From: a virus
Taxonomy: Duplodnaviria > Caudoviricetes
Direction: 5' to 3' (one strand)
DNA length: 64,000 bases
Virus record (IMG/VR): IMGVR_UViG_2643221568_000002
Span: 12,333-76,332 of that record
Shown: positions 17,824 through 32,800 of the stretch, one piece after another
Position numbering within the stretch: the stretch's first letter is position 1
Layout of the letters: the number at the start of each line of letters is the position of its first letter
Made by a program: the position numbers and the translations under genes
The notes under the pieces: model-generated
Database searches by the model: none
Told to the model about the DNA's origin: nothing
Seen by the model: the letters and a program-made list of their open reading frames with translations, nothing else

Positions 17824-20800
17824 CAATCGTTATCGGACTCGGCGATGATGCCGAGTGGAAAGACCCGCTCAACCTTTTCGGCGGCGAAGCACCGGGTCTA
17901 GCGCCTTTAACCGGTAATGTAGATCAACAAAAAACAGACCAGAATATGCGCGTTTCTATGCCTGAAGGCATGTCAGAGCGCGATTGGAACGACACCGTCA
18001 ACACGGTGATTGCCGAGGCCGCGGGCGAGGGCGATGAGGGAATGGCGGGGGTCGCCCACGTCATTCAGAACCGTTCGAAGATTCGCGGTCAGTCGATCGG
18101 CGATGTCGTCAGAGATCCAGACCAGTTCACAGGCTATTCCAAGCCGGGCCCCAAAGCGCAGGAAGCAATGCGCGACCCGCAAATGCGGGCGAGGGCGGAG
18201 AACATCGTCCGATCGGTGATGGCGGGAAAAGGAGAGGACCCGACTGGCGGCGCAGATCACTACCACGCCGACTATGTCAGCCCTTATTGGGCGAGGTCCA
18301 TGGCCGAGACGAAGCGCATCGGCAATCACCTCTACTACAATTCCAAGGCAGGCAATAAGCCGCTCAGCTCCGAGACCGCGTTCGTTTCAGAGAATGATGG
18401 TTTGGGCCTATTGGGGCCGAAAGGCCAGTTTGGAGACCTGCTGAAAGGTGAACCTTCCGGCCAGACGAAGCCAAAAGGAAGAGGGCTGGCTGACCTGCTC
18501 CCCAAGGATCAGTTCGATGCCGATCCCGACAGCGAGAAGAGTTTTGACACGCTGATTTCGAAGCTTCAGCCTGGGAAGCCCAAGAGCTACATCACCGATA
18601 TGCAGCCGCAGCTGCGGAATGGCCTGACAGCCATGTTCGAGAACGCGCCGGATTACGTCAGAGAAGGCCTTGATCTGCTATCTGGCGCGCGCTCGCCAGA
18701 ACGGCAGGCACAGATCATCGCCGACCATGCCAACAAGTACGGTTTCGATCGTGAAGCTTGGGTTGCCGACGTCGAGAAGCTCGGACCGGTAGAGGCAGGA
18801 AAGAAATGGCGCCCGCAGTTCAGAGCGATCGGGCTGACGAGAAACATCGGGATGCCGGGGACGTCCAAACACCAGACCGGTGAAGCCGGCGATCTGGGCT
18901 GGAAGGGCAAAGCCTTCTCCAGCGCGCCGAGGGAAGTCCGCGAGTGGGTCCACGCGAATGCAGGAAACTTCGACCTGCGTTTCCCTATGGCGCACGAGCC
19001 TTGGCACATCGAGCACATCAATGCTCGCAGCGGAAAGACCGATGGTTCCGCTGTTCTCGCTACCGCTTTTGTTGACCAAAAAGGCGACGATGCCGACCGC
19101 TCACTCAACTCTACGAATAGCGACCAGAACATGAACCGTACTGCTATCGTCATGGACGAAAATTATAAAGCTGGCGACGCTTTCGGCCTCTTTTCCGGCG
19201 CCACGAACCCGCTTGAGGCAGAGGCGAAGGCGACAGCCCAGGCCCGCACCGATGCTGCAGCAGCCGAGGCGCAGCGGGTCGAGCAAGAGCGCGTCGCGGC
19301 AGAAACAGCAGCCAACAATCAGTCCGTTGATGCCCGCATAGCGGACGGCAAGGGTCGCTATGTGGCGGTCAATGAGAGCGAGCTACCGGACTGGCAGAAG
19401 CAGTGGGACGAAAAGAACCGCTCGTCCGGCATCGTTGGCGATATCGTCCGGCGCTTCGGTATGGGCGCTGGTAGCACCAGCCAGTCCATCAACAACCTCA
19501 ATCGGCTTATCGTCTCCAAATTGCCTGGTGGCGACGGGATCAACGAGGCGCTCGATGGGATTGACCGCTGGTGGGCTGGAAAGACCCAGAACGAGCAGAC
19601 CCAAGAGAGTATCGATCGGATGTCTGGCAGTCTTTCGCCAGAAGGCGAGGCGGCTCGAGAGAAGAAGTGGTGGGACGAAGAAAACAAGACGCTCGGACCG
19701 GCGTGGAAAGATCCGCGAAGCTATATCGGCACCATTGCTGAAAGCGCCCCTGCGACGATTGCCACTATGGCACCTTCGGGCCTGCTCGCTCGAGGCTCCT
19801 TTATGGCCGCACGGGCAGCTGGCGCAACGGCAGAGGCCGCAGCAGCGACCGCCGCAAAGACAGCAACGATCGCCGGGGGCATCTCAGAAGGTCTTTTGGG
19901 CGGTGCAGATGCTGCTCTGTCAGTCAAACAGCGCATTGCTGAAATCCCGCGTGAGCAGCTTGTCGCCTCAGAGGCAGTAAAGCAGCTCGTCCAGGGCGGA
20001 TTGTCGGAAGACGACGCCATCAAAGCGCTCAGTGAAGATGCTCAGGTGCAGGCCATGCTCACGGCTGGTGTCATCACCGGAGCCTTTGGCGGTATGGGTG
20101 ACCGCGCGCTCGCGAAGATCATCGCAGAAGGCGTAGAAGGGGGTATTGCCCGACGGATTGGCGTCGGTGCGGCGAAGGGAATGGTTGGCGAAGGCATCTT
20201 CGAAGAAGCGCCGCAAAGCGCAGGCCAGACCATCGCCGAAAACGCTGCGGTAGCGCGCGTGAAGCCTGATCAGGATCTGACGGAAGGTCTGGGCGAATCC
20301 GTGGCGAGCGGCGTTGCAGCTGGTGGCGCGATGGGCGGCGGGATGGGTGCCGTCGGGGGCGTCGCTCGTCCGGCCGCAAGCAACACAGGCGCATCCCCAG
20401 AGGCTGGGCAGGCAGCCCCGGAACCAACAGCGCCAGTCGAGCCAGATGACCGCGGACCTCTTCGTCGAGCAGCTGATCACGGCCAGCAGCGCCAGGCAGA
20501 CCGCGGGGCAGCCGCGAATGCTGGTGTCCCGATCGATGGCCGTCCCGGCGTCAAATCCACCGTGCGCGTCGAAGCTGAAGGCGTTGAGCCTTTCATGGGC
20601 ACGGTTGAAGGTTACGAGGGCGACGAGGCCGTCGTGGTCGATAGCGGAAGCGGGGAAGTCTATCAGGTGCCGTTGGCGAATCTGACCGAGATTGCCCCTC
20701 CGGTCGCTGACTACCAGTATCCGGAAAAATCCCAAGACGGGATGCCTGAGCACTCGGCAGACCCAGCGCTGGAGCCATTGCCGCCCATGTCGGCGGAGGT

Positions 20801-23800
20801 GACGTCAGAAATGCCGCCACGGTCCGAAGATATCCCCGCGACAGAGAAGCGCCCAACAAGGCCGCAGGCAGGCCAGCGCGTCATTGTTGATGATCCAGCA
20901 GCGGGCCGCTTCTCCGCCCGGATTGAGCGATATGAGAACGGTGGTACCGAGGCCGTCGTCGTCGATGACGAAGGCAAGCCTTATCAGGTGCCCCTCGAGT
21001 CGATGAAGGTCAACGGCCTGACGCCGGCGCAAGTCGAACAACAGGACCTCGAGCGTGATCCGCCTATCGAGCGAGAGATCGGCGATGCAGGGCCGAACAG
21101 CCGAAAGATCGGCGACAAGACTGTCGTTCTGCCGGATGAGAAGCACGCCGCGCTCTACGACCTTGCCCGCGAGCAGAACGTAGCCAAGCGCTTCTTTGGC
21201 ACTTCTCAGCTTGAGATGGATAAGGTTTTTCCAGTAGAGCGTAAGCGGCTTGCGAACGAATTTCGCATCAAGGTGTCGGATCTGGCGACATTGGCCGATG
21301 ACTACCGGTACCGGGCAGAGCGAGCCGCTAAACAGGCGAAATCCAAGCTTCCGGTCAACATGCATGCGGTGAACGATCGCTTGCTGAAACAGCGCCAATC
21401 AGCACTGGCGAAAGAGGCCGGTGAAGCACCGGCACCGACCGCCGATGATGGCGCGGCCTGGTGGGACGTCGATCTAACCGCACAGGATCGCAAGGGCATT
21501 CTTGAGCAAGCGGGCGTCAAGCGCTCTGAGCGACTGACATGGGCGGGCATGACGCCGGGCATCCGGAAGAAGCTCACCGATGTGCGGGACGCGCAGCGCG
21601 CCGCGGCGGAAGACGTTGAAACGCTCGCAGGGCAGGGCGAGAGCGCCACCGAAGCGGCAGCAAACGAAGCGGCCACTTCGCCTACCAATGACCGTCCGGA
21701 GCCCACAGAGGCCCAAAAAGAAGCCGGAAACTATAAGGTCGGGCGTCTGAAGCTGGGCGGCCTCGATGTCTCGATCGAGAACCCCGCTGGATCTACGCGC
21801 AAAGGCATATCCTCGTCTGGCAAGGCGTGGTCCGTCGATATGAAGAGCCACTACGGCTACATCCGCGGAACTGTTGGTCGCGACAAAGACCACATCGACG
21901 TCTTCGTCCGTCCTGGTACCGAAACGCTCGACGATTCCTCGCCGATCTTTGTCGTCGATCAGAAAGACCCGGCACGTGGTCGCTTTGACGAACACAAGGT
22001 CATGGCCGGTTTCGATAACGAAGCGCAGGCACGCGCCGCATATCTCGAAAACTACACCCCTGACTGGAAGGGGCTGGCAGACATCACCCAGACCACGCTT
22101 GGCGACTTCAAGACGTGGTTGAAGTCTGGCAAAACGTCAGACCCCTTCGCACCGAAATGGTTTGCGTCGCAGGAGAAGGCGGAGGGCTACGTTGCTAAGA
22201 ACAAGATGGGCGAGACCCACGAGGTTGTTCAGAGAGGCAAGCGCTTCGAAGTTCTGGAGCGCGCGCGCACCACGCCAGCGGTCCGCAGCGGGAAAGGCAC
22301 GGAGCTTGATCCAAACGCTCATCCTTGGTCCGATGTTTGGGGGAACGATGCCGATGCGGTCTCTGACGCGCTCAGCAGGATCGCCAGCACCAACGGCGGC
22401 GACACGCCAATCTCGGATGCTGTAAAGGCCAACGTCGGCAACAAGGAGCTGCTACAGCTTATCGAGCAGCGTTGGGGCGAAGGCGGCGCAGGTGGCAATC
22501 GCTACATGATCGAGACCCGGAAGGGACCGATCGTCACCATCACCCTCGAGAAGGACGGAGGCAACCAACGCATCGTTCTTCGTGGGAAGGAACTGGCAGA
22601 CGCTATTCGAAAGGAGTTTGCAGTTTCGCTCGAGGATATGCAGAGAGCTGCAAAAGAGCGGGAAAAGCAGGCAGAGACGCCGCAGGAAAAGGCGCAGGAA
22701 TCATCCGGGGTCGCGGACGATTTGGGCAAGGTGCGCGGCCTTGATGGTCAGACGTATCAGGCTGCTGGGCAGTCTCTCCCCAAAAAGGGGTTGGCTCCTG
22801 CAAACATCGGCGCCGATGGTGTAGTGTATGTCGGTGCCGTAGGCAGCCAGCATTTCGTAATCGCAGACAAGCATCACGAGGCCGCGCCTTTTGACAGGGT
22901 AGGATTTGTCACGCCGGAGGGTTTGTTTCTTGATCGGAAGCAGGCCTTCGATTGGGTGAATGAGAACGAAGCTCCCATTCGCTCTCGCGAAAGCATGCCT
23001 GGAGAACTGGACGCGCTCGATTACAGGGACAAATCGCGGCAGAAGACTAGACCAGCGGAAGAAAAGCTGGAAGAGGCCTCCCCGCCTGCCAGTGGGAACA
23101 AGATTTTCACCGAGGACGCCGCGGCCAAGGCTCGCGAGCTTCTACGCAAGAAGCTTGGCGTTCGCGATTTCTCTGTTGAGCAACAGAACACCGATACTCC
23201 TTTTCACACACCTACCAGCCTTATTTCGGAGATCGAGAGCGACCTGCCGAAAGAGCTTATCCAACGTCTCACTAATGCTGGTGTCCTTCATGTCGGGGTC
23301 GCACGGGACATGGGCCCTGGTATAGGCGAAACTGCATGGGCCACATTAGGAGGCACGATCCACCTCGTAGCCGACCGGATCAGGCAAGGGGCTGGAACAG
23401 CAATCCTCTTGCATGAAGCCTTCCATATCGGCCGGAATGAACTCCACAAAGACCCTTCTTGGAAAACTCTCTATCCTCGTCTTGAAGCACTCTACGAGAG
23501 TGATACCAAGGACAGCTTCTTTAACGATGCGCGCGCACACGTCGAGGGTGTTGAGGCCGCCCGTGGCCCGTATCCGCCGAAGCGAGGCCAACGGCTCGAT
23601 GTCGAGGAATTTGGCGCTTATGCCGTTCAATATTATGAGCAGGCACCATCGAGCGTGCGGCGGTGGGTCGATAACCTCATTGGCGCAATCAAATCGTGGC
23701 TACTGAGGAGGTTCGGTCGCCAGATCGGCGATGTCACCCCATCTGAACTGCGAGCCTTCGCAATCGCCGCTCTTCGCGACTCTGCGGTTAAAGGCGAAGC

Positions 23801-26800
23801 GAAAGCTACGGCAGATAAGAAGTTTTCCGTCGGGCTTGACGCAGAAGTTATGCAGGCAGGCATCACTCTGGCTGGCTATCACATCGAAGGCGGATCACGT
23901 TCTTTCGAGCGGTACGCGTCAGCGATGCTTGGAGACCTTGGTGAGGGCGTACGTCCTTACCTCAAATCATGGTACATGGGGGTTAAGTATGACCCTCGGG
24001 CTGCAGCCTTCGACGGAATGTCCAGCGCCACCGAAGTCGAGTCCGCCGACGTTAACACCTTCACTGGAGCCACCAATGAACCTGAACAATTGGATCGAGC
24101 TGGGGCGCCAGCATTGGAAGGAGTTTCTACCGAACCGGTACCGGGAGCTGAAAGCGGCCGGGACGCTGGACCAAGCGCTGAAGGAGGCCGCAGAACAGAC
24201 CTATCTGGAAGCCGACCAGCTCGAGAAGAACGGGTACCAGCCGGACGAAGCATGGCAGATGGTGAGGGAGAATTACCTGTTGCTGCCACCGGAAGGAAGC
24301 CAGCAGACCGAGCCGCAAAGCCAGACGTCGCAGGATCTGATGAGCGCGGCTCGCAGCGGACAGAGAACCGTCGAGATAAAGTAGAACGCACGGCGGCGGT
24401 ACCGGCGCAGCAGCGCCCGTCGGACTATGTCATCACAGATAGCGATGCATTGGGCGAGGGCGGTCAGAAGTCGAAGTTCCGATCGAACGTCGCCGCGATC
24501 GAGCTGGTCAAGCAGCTCGACGAGGAGAAGAGGCCAGCCACCCGCGACGAGCAGGCGGTTCTCGCTAAATGGGTAGGCTGGGGCGGCTTGCGAGCTGCTT
24601 TCCCGCGTGAAGATGGCAGTGTTGCCAAGGGCTGGGAAAAGGAAGCGGCGGAGCTGAAATCGCTGCTGACGAAGGAAGAGTATAGCGCCGCCGAGTCATC
24701 AACGAGGAACGCGCATTACACGTCGCCTGAAATCGTCGATGCAGCGTGGTCGATTGCGCAGCGCCTTGGCTTTAAGGGAGGCCAAGTGCTCGAGCCATCC
24801 GTTGGAGCTGGAAACTTCCTCGGCTTGATGCCAGGCGAAGTGCGCGGCACCTCTCACGTCACCGGCGTCGAGCTGGACCGGATCACGGGCAGTATTGCCA
24901 AAAACCTCTATCCATCGGCGAACATTCAGGCCCCGATTGGCTTCGAGAAGCTGACCGTCCCCGATTCCTACTTCGATCTGGCGATCGGCAATCCGCCCTT
25001 CGGTTCCGAAAAGCTCTATGACAAAGAGCGGACGCATCTCAACAAGCTGTCGATCCATAATTTCTTCTTTGCCAAGGCGATCGAGACTTTGCGACCAGGT
25101 GGCATCCTTGCGATGGTCGTTACCAACCGGTTCTTGGACGGCCAGTCAGCAGCAGCGCGCAACCTCATCCAATCCAAGGCGGATTTCATCGGCGCTATCC
25201 GTCTGCCGAATGACGCGTTCTTGAAGAACGCCGGTACCGAAGTCACGACGGACATCGTCATTCTACAACGCCGAGAAGCCGGCGCAGCCCCGAAGGGCAG
25301 CGATTGGCTCGAAGTCGTCGACTATCGCGGCAGGGACGGCAACGTCGTACCTCTCAACAAGTATTTCGTCGAAAATCCCGACATGATGCTGGGCGAGTTC
25401 GGCGGCTACGGCTCTATGTACGGTCCTAACGAGCCCGCCTTGATCGCTCGAGGCGGTCAGAACACCGCGGCGGAGCTGGCGAAGGCTGTTGAGAAGCTTC
25501 CCCAAGACATCATGGGCGATACTGTGCCCATGAGGGTGACAGAAACAGTCACCGTGCCGGAAACTGTCAACGACGTCCAGGTGGGCACGATGTTCTCCGC
25601 CCCGGACGGATCAATTCATCTTCGCACCCCTGATCACATCGGCCAGCCCACATCCAAGGCAGTCGATTTCGCCAACGAGACGGCGAAAGAGCGCGTCGCT
25701 GGAATGGTCAGAGTGAGGGATGCTTTTGCCAAGCTGAGACGCGCTCAGATTAGTGATACCGCATCGGATCAGCAGATTGATAACCTGCGAAAAAGGTTGA
25801 ATACCTTCTACGATGCCTTTGTAAACAAACACGGACCTATCAACAGCGACGCAAACAAGCGACTATTCCGAGACGATCCGACGTGGCCGCAAATCAGCGC
25901 TCTTGAGCAATCCTTCGACAAGGGTTTGAGCGCGGCACTTGCCAAAAAAACAGGAGAAAAGCCCCGCGCACCTACTGCGACGAAGGCGGCGATCTTCACG
26001 CGGCGGACGCAGCAGCCCTATAAGCGGCCAACCAGCGCAAGCAGCGCGAAAGATGCGCTTGCGACGGTTCTCAATGACTATGGTCGGGTCAACCTCGCGG
26101 CCATGTCAGACCTATATGGCAAGTCGCAAGAAGCCACCGTTGAAGAGTTGGGGGCTCTCATCTTTAAGACGCCTTCGGGCGCCTATGAGACAGCAGATCA
26201 ATATCTTTCTGGCAATGTGAAGCAAAAGCTTGCAGAGGCCGAACGCGCCGCCGAGCAGGATCCGGAATACCGCCGCAATGTGAATGCGCTGCGCGACGTG
26301 ATCCCAGCCGACATCGAGGCGATCGATATCGATGTGAAGCCAGGCGCTCCATGGTTGCCAGCGAACCATGTCGAAGACTTCATTGCTCACATCGCTCAGG
26401 GAGCGGTAAAGCCGCGCGCCTATTATTCCGTTGCGAATGCGAAGTGGGACCTCACGGTCTCGCAAGTCACGCCGGCGGCGCAGACACTTTGGGGGACTGA
26501 CAGAGCTGGCGTAGGGACCGTCCTGAGTGCTGTGATGAACGGTCAGACCATCACGATCTCCGACAGAACGTCAGACGGCAAGACCATCATTGATCAGCCT
26601 GCAACCGACGCAGCAAATGAGAAGGTGGAGCGCGTAAAGGCCGAATGGCGTAAGTGGCTCTGGCAGGATGACAAACGCCGCGATGATTTGGCGCGGCTCT
26701 ATAACGACACGTTCAATACCGATGTCATCCAGCAATTCGATGGGGCACACCTTACGTTGCCGGGCAAGGTTGGCGACGACATCATCGAGCTTCGCCCAAG

Positions 26801-29800
26801 CCAGAAGAATTTCATCTGGCGCACTTTGCAGAGCGGTACCGCGCTTGCCGATCACACCGTGGGAGCGGGGAAGACATTCGCGGCGATCGCCTCGGTCATG
26901 GAGAAGCGCCGAACCGGCCAGGCCCGCAAACCGATGATGGTGGTACCGAACCATCTCGTCGGGCAGTGGGCAGCCGACTTCGTGCGCCTTTATCCAGGCG
27001 CGAAGGTGCTGGCAGCCACAAAGCAGGATTTTGAGAAGGAACGGCGGAAACGTCTTTTCGCTCGCATAGCCACCGGCGATTGGGACGCGGTCATTGTCGC
27101 TCACTCCTCATTCGGCAGAATCGGCGTTGATCCGAATTATGAGGCGAAGTTCATCCAGCAGCAGATGGATGATCTGGAAGCCTCGCTGGCAGAGGTACGG
27201 CGCGAAACCGGGCAGAAGAGCCGAAACGTGGCGCAGCTGACCAAGTGGCGCGACAACCTGAAAGCCAAGATGGAGCGGCTGCTCGATTCCGGCCGCAAGG
27301 ATGACGGCCTTACCTTCGACGAGCTGGGCGTCGATGCGCTCTATGTCGACGAGGCGCACGAGTTCAAGAACCTCGCTTACTCGACATCGATGCAACGTGT
27401 GGCTGGTCTCGGCAACATGGCCGGATCCTCAAAGGCCGCCGACCTCTACATGAAGTCGCGGTTCATCCTTGAAAAGACCGGTGGCAACAACCTTGTGTTC
27501 CTCACTGGCACTCCGCTGTCGAACACGATGGCCGAAATGTACACCGTTCAGCGCTATCTCGACGAGAAGGCACTGCGGGCGATGGGCGTGGCGCATTTCG
27601 ATGCGTGGGCGCGTGTCTTTGGCGAAGTCGTCACCGATTGGGAACTGTCACCGTCCGGTCAGTATAAGCTCAACAGCCGCTTCTCCAAGTTCGTGAACGT
27701 TCCGGAGCTGATGCAGCGGTACCGCAGCTTCGCCGACGTCATCACCAACGACGACATCAAGGCGCAGCTTGCCGCACAGGGTAAGAAGTTCCCTCTGCCA
27801 AAGGTCAAGGGCGGCAAGCCTACCAACATCGTAGTGGAGCGCTCCCCAGATCAGGCAGCTTACATTGGCGTGGGGCAGGCCGATGATGCCGGCAACCTGG
27901 TGTTCCCGAATGGGTCTCTTGTCTGGCGGGCCGAGAACCTGCCGAAGAAGGCCGAGAAGGGCAAAGACAACATGCTGAAAGTCATGTCGGACGCCCGCAA
28001 GGCGGCGCTCGATATGCGTCTGATCGACCCACGCTATCCGGACCACCCAAAATCGAAGACCCATCGTGCCGCAAACGAGATGACGCGGATCTACAAGTCG
28101 TCAAAAGAAGATCGCGGTACCCAGCTCGTCTTTATCGACCTCTCGACGCCGAAGAATGCACAGGCCGCAGAAGCTGCACGTCTTCGTGACCTCATGGAGA
28201 AGGCAGACAATGGCGACGAGGCGGCCATCGAGGCGCTCGACAAGATTTCTCCCGACGAGCTGCTCGCGCTCGAGAGCACGTTCTCCGTCTACGATGACCT
28301 GAAGCAGAAGCTTATCGATCGCGGTATACCGGAAAGCGAAATCGCCTTTATCCACGATGCCAACACAGAAGCGCAGAAGGAGGAATTGTTCGGAAAGGTC
28401 CGTTCAGGCCGCGTCCGCTTCCTCTTCGGCTCTACCGCGAAGATGGGCGCCGGTACCAACGTTCAGAACCGCCTCGTCGCACTGCATCACCTTGATGCAC
28501 CGTGGCGTCCTTCCGACCTTGAACAGCGTGACGGGCGAGGGATACGCCAGGGCAATGAGCTGTATGCTGCCGATCCGGAAGGTTTCGAGATCGAAATCCT
28601 CCGCTATGCCACGAAGAACACGCTTGATGCTCGCCAGTGGCAGACCATCGAGGCCAAGGCGCGGTTTATCCAGCAGGTGCGCAAGGGCGACATGAAAACC
28701 CGCGAGATCGAGGACATAGCGGGCGAAGCCGCGAACGCCGCTGAAATGAAAGCAGCCGCTTCCGGCAATCCTCTCATCCTCGAGGAGATGGACACGCGCC
28801 GCAAGCTGAGACAGCTTGAGGGCCAGTCTATCGAGCACGATCGTGAGCAGCATCGCGTGAAGGGCAAGATCAAGTCGCTCGAAGATGAAGCGGACCGGTT
28901 GCAGCGTGGTCTTTCAAAGGTCGAAGCCGATGCCGATTTGGCGCGGAAGGTTCCCGAGGAGTTCGCCGGTACCGTCGGTGGTGAAACGTTTGAAAAGCGC
29001 AAAGACTTTGGCGCGGCCGTCGTCGCGGCGATGCGAAAAGAGCTGATCGACAAGGAAGGCGTTCGCGAGATCGGCGAGTATGCCGGTTTCAAGATCGGCA
29101 TTGACCCTTTGGGATTTGGCAGAGCGTTTAACGTGACGCTTGAGGGCGCGCGGGAATACACTGTTCCAGTCGACGACGCTTCCGACGTCGATGCTGCTGG
29201 TCTCGCGCAGCGCATCATTAATACCGTGAAGCGCCTCGCAAACCAGCCAGCGATCGACAAAGAGCGCATCAGCGAGGCAAAAGCGCAGGTCCCCGCCCTG
29301 CAAAAGCAGATCGGCGCGTGGGAAGGCGCTCAGGAGCTTGCCGATATAGCCGCTCGTCATCGCCGGATTTTGGACGCGCTGAAGCCTCAGCCCAAGAGTG
29401 CCAAGACGTCAGTCAAGGTCGAAGCTGGTGAGGTGGACGCCCCGATCGCGAACAAGCGTCCTGATCCTGTCGTCATAGCTATAGCCAATGATCTGCAAAC
29501 CGTCGGCATACCGGCTGCGCCCAATAGCACGGCCATCTTCCAGTGGGCGAAGGACACTATCGCTCGCTTCGGAAAGTCTGGGCACGAATACCTTATGGCA
29601 GTCGATGACGATGGAAGCGTGGTCGAGTTTGGTACCGCCAAGAAGAAGGCAGCGACCGGTATCAACAACAAGCTCTATGGCGCGCTCCTAAATCCTGATC
29701 GCCGTCTGGTCGTGTTCCACAATCACCCGAGCAACGGCCCGCTGAGTGTCGCGGATATCTCAATGATGGGCTTGCCCGGGTTGCACTCGGTTTGGGCCTT

Positions 29801-32800
29801 CGGTGCCAATGGCATGCAGATGCGCGCCGTTCTCACCCCGGAGGCGGAAGCCGTCATGCGTGCCGCAGCGGACCCCAATCAGACCGTGAAAGCGTGGCGC
29901 GACATCTTATCTTCAGCGCTTGAGCAGGTCGATGCGTTCTTACGCCCTCTCGTCACTGGCGGTTCGATCGATGTTGATGCTGGTAATACGGCCTACACCA
30001 ATACGGCGACAATTCTGGCCCAAAAGGCCGGTCTTATCGACATTTCCTCAAATACGAACTATGATACCTCCGCCATCGAGGGCTTGAATGCCAAGCTCGA
30101 TAAATTGGCGGTCGCTCTGAAGGAACAGATCAGCGATGGCACAGCAGGCAGCACCGATAAGGGGATTTCACGACGACCCGCCCGCGACGTTCGACACGTT
30201 GCAGAGGTGGAGGGATTGGCACGCATCGGTGAGCCAGTGGTCGGCACGCGACCCGGACCGGCAGGCCTATCTGAAACAGGCGCGCCAGATTATCAGAGAA
30301 AAGAGCGCCGAGCAGAACGACAGCCAGGCCGTGTCGAACGCGTAACCCAATCGCGCATCGTCGAGGAGCTGCGCGGTAAGCTGACCGATTTGCAGCCTGC
30401 GCTCCTGAAAACCATCCCTCTCAACTATTTCTCAGAACTTGCTCGATCGAACATGACGGCGGTTGGCGACTATCTGCGCGTCAAGCGCTTGATGGATGCC
30501 TTCAGGGGGACGAAGCATGCCGAGGCCGATTCCGTGGCACAGGAGTGGTTGAAATACACCCGCCTGGGCTACGCTGGTAAGGACAAAGCCAAGGCGCAGG
30601 AACTTGCTGACCTGATGCATGACGCTACCCTCGCTGGCGTCGATCCAGCGGCCACCGACAAAGAGACCAAGGCTCTCGCCGGCTATGACCATTTGCGCAA
30701 GCGTTTCATGGCGCTGCCGCCAAAGGGGCGCGATCTCTACGTGAAGGTCAGGGACGCATATTGGGAGCAGTCGATGGAGCTTGACGAGATCTTGCTCGAC
30801 AATGTGCGCAAGGCGCAACAGATCGCCGAGAAAAACGCCGAGGATCGTTACAAGCTCACGATGCAGAAGATCAAGGACGCTGGACTGAGCGGCATTGATC
30901 GCAAGAACGCCGAGGAAGACGCCACCAGCGCCTACAAGGCGGAGACGACAAAATCCCGCTGGGCCGCGAAAGCCCGCCTGACCAGAATGCGCATTGCGTT
31001 CGAATCCAGCCGGGTGCAGCCTCCATATTTTCCTCTTGGCCGTTTCGGTCGGTATTTTGCGACCGTGCGGGACATCGATGGAAGGGTGCTGAGCTTCTCA
31101 AAGCACGAGACCGTCGCTGAACGCGATCGGATGGCGCGTGAGCTGCGAGCTGAATATCCGGCCGGAAAAGTCGAAGTCGGCGTGATGGAAGCCGGCGGTG
31201 ACATGCGCAAGGCTATGGACCCGCGCATCGTCGCAGAAATCGAGGAGATTTTGGGCGGCGCGAACATTGGCGGCGACGTCATGGATCAGATATGGCAGCG
31301 ATACCTCGAGTCGATGCCAGACTTGTCTACCCGCAAGCGCTTCATCCACCGTAAGGGCACTGCGGGTTACAGCAAGGATGCGCTGCGCGTCTTCTCCTCA
31401 CACATGTTCCACGCCGCCCACCAGATGGCACGCCTGAAATACGGCCTCGAGCTTCAGGAGCTGGTCAACAACACGGTTGACCAGGCGAAGGAGAGCGACG
31501 ATCAGACCCGCGCCATGACGTTGGCGAATGAGCTTTCCAGCCGCCACAAGTGGGTGATGAACCCGACTGGCAGCAAGGTCGCTCAGACGATGACGAGCAC
31601 CGCCTTCGTGTGGTACCTCGCTGCATCCCCCGGTGCCGCTCTGATCAACATGACGCAAACTGTCATGCTTGGCCTGCCTATTCTGGCTGCCAAATTCGGA
31701 GGCTTTAAGCAGGCAGCAGTAGCGCTCAGTAAAGCTTCCGCCGATTCTGTAGCTGGCAAGGGCAGTGTGGTTAGCGATCGCCTCGCACCGGACGAGCGGC
31801 GAGCGATGGACGCGTTCTACGAATCCGGGTTGATCGACAGAACACAAAGCCACGACCTCGCCGGCGTCGGCGAAACTGGCGTAGAGTACACCCCGCTGCG
31901 AGCGAAGGTGATGGAGAAGATTTCGTGGGCGTTCCACCGCGCCGAGGTCTGGAACCGTGAGGTGACTGCACTCGCTGCCTACCGCATGGCCCGCGCTGCA
32001 GGTCAAAACATGTCCGATGCGATCGACACCGCCCACGATCTGACGTGGAAGACGCACTTCGACTATTCCAACAGCTCGAGGCCCGCCGTCCTGCAGAACG
32101 ACTTCGCAAAGGTCGCTCTCGTTTTCCGCCAGCACAACATCAACATGCTTTATCGCGTGGCGCGTGACATCCACCAGTCGGTAAAGGGCGAAACTGCGCA
32201 AGCTCGCCGTGAGGCCCGGTACCAGCTCGCCGGCGTGATCGGGATGATGGCGGCTATGGCTGGTGTGACAGGGACGATGGGCTTCAGCGTTGCCATGATG
32301 ATCGCTGGGGCGATGTTTGGCGACGACGATGACCCAATGGCGTTCGAAGATCAGTTCAAGGCCGACGTCGTCGATATCCTTGGGCCGCAGCTGGGTGGCG
32401 TTCTCCTGAACGGCGTGCCAGGCCATTATCTCGGAATCGACCTCTCCTCACGCATCGGCATGCCGGATCTGTGGTTCCGCTCGCCGACAAGGGAGCTCCA
32501 GGGGAAAGACGAGTACCAATACTGGCTATCGCAGAGCCTCGGCGCAACGGTCAGCTTGGGTGAACAGCTCTACACCGGCTTCAAGGTTATGACGGATGAT
32601 GGCGACGTGGCCCGCGGCATTGAGATGATGGCGCCGAAGGCGGTTCGCGACCTGATGAAAGCCTATCGATATTCGCAGGACGGCGTTGCGACGATCGGCA
32701 AGGATCAGATACTCAGTGCCGACCAGATCGACGCGACAGATATTGTCGCGCAGGCCATGGGCTTCACCCCCGCCAAGATTGCAGAGACGTGGGAGCGAAA

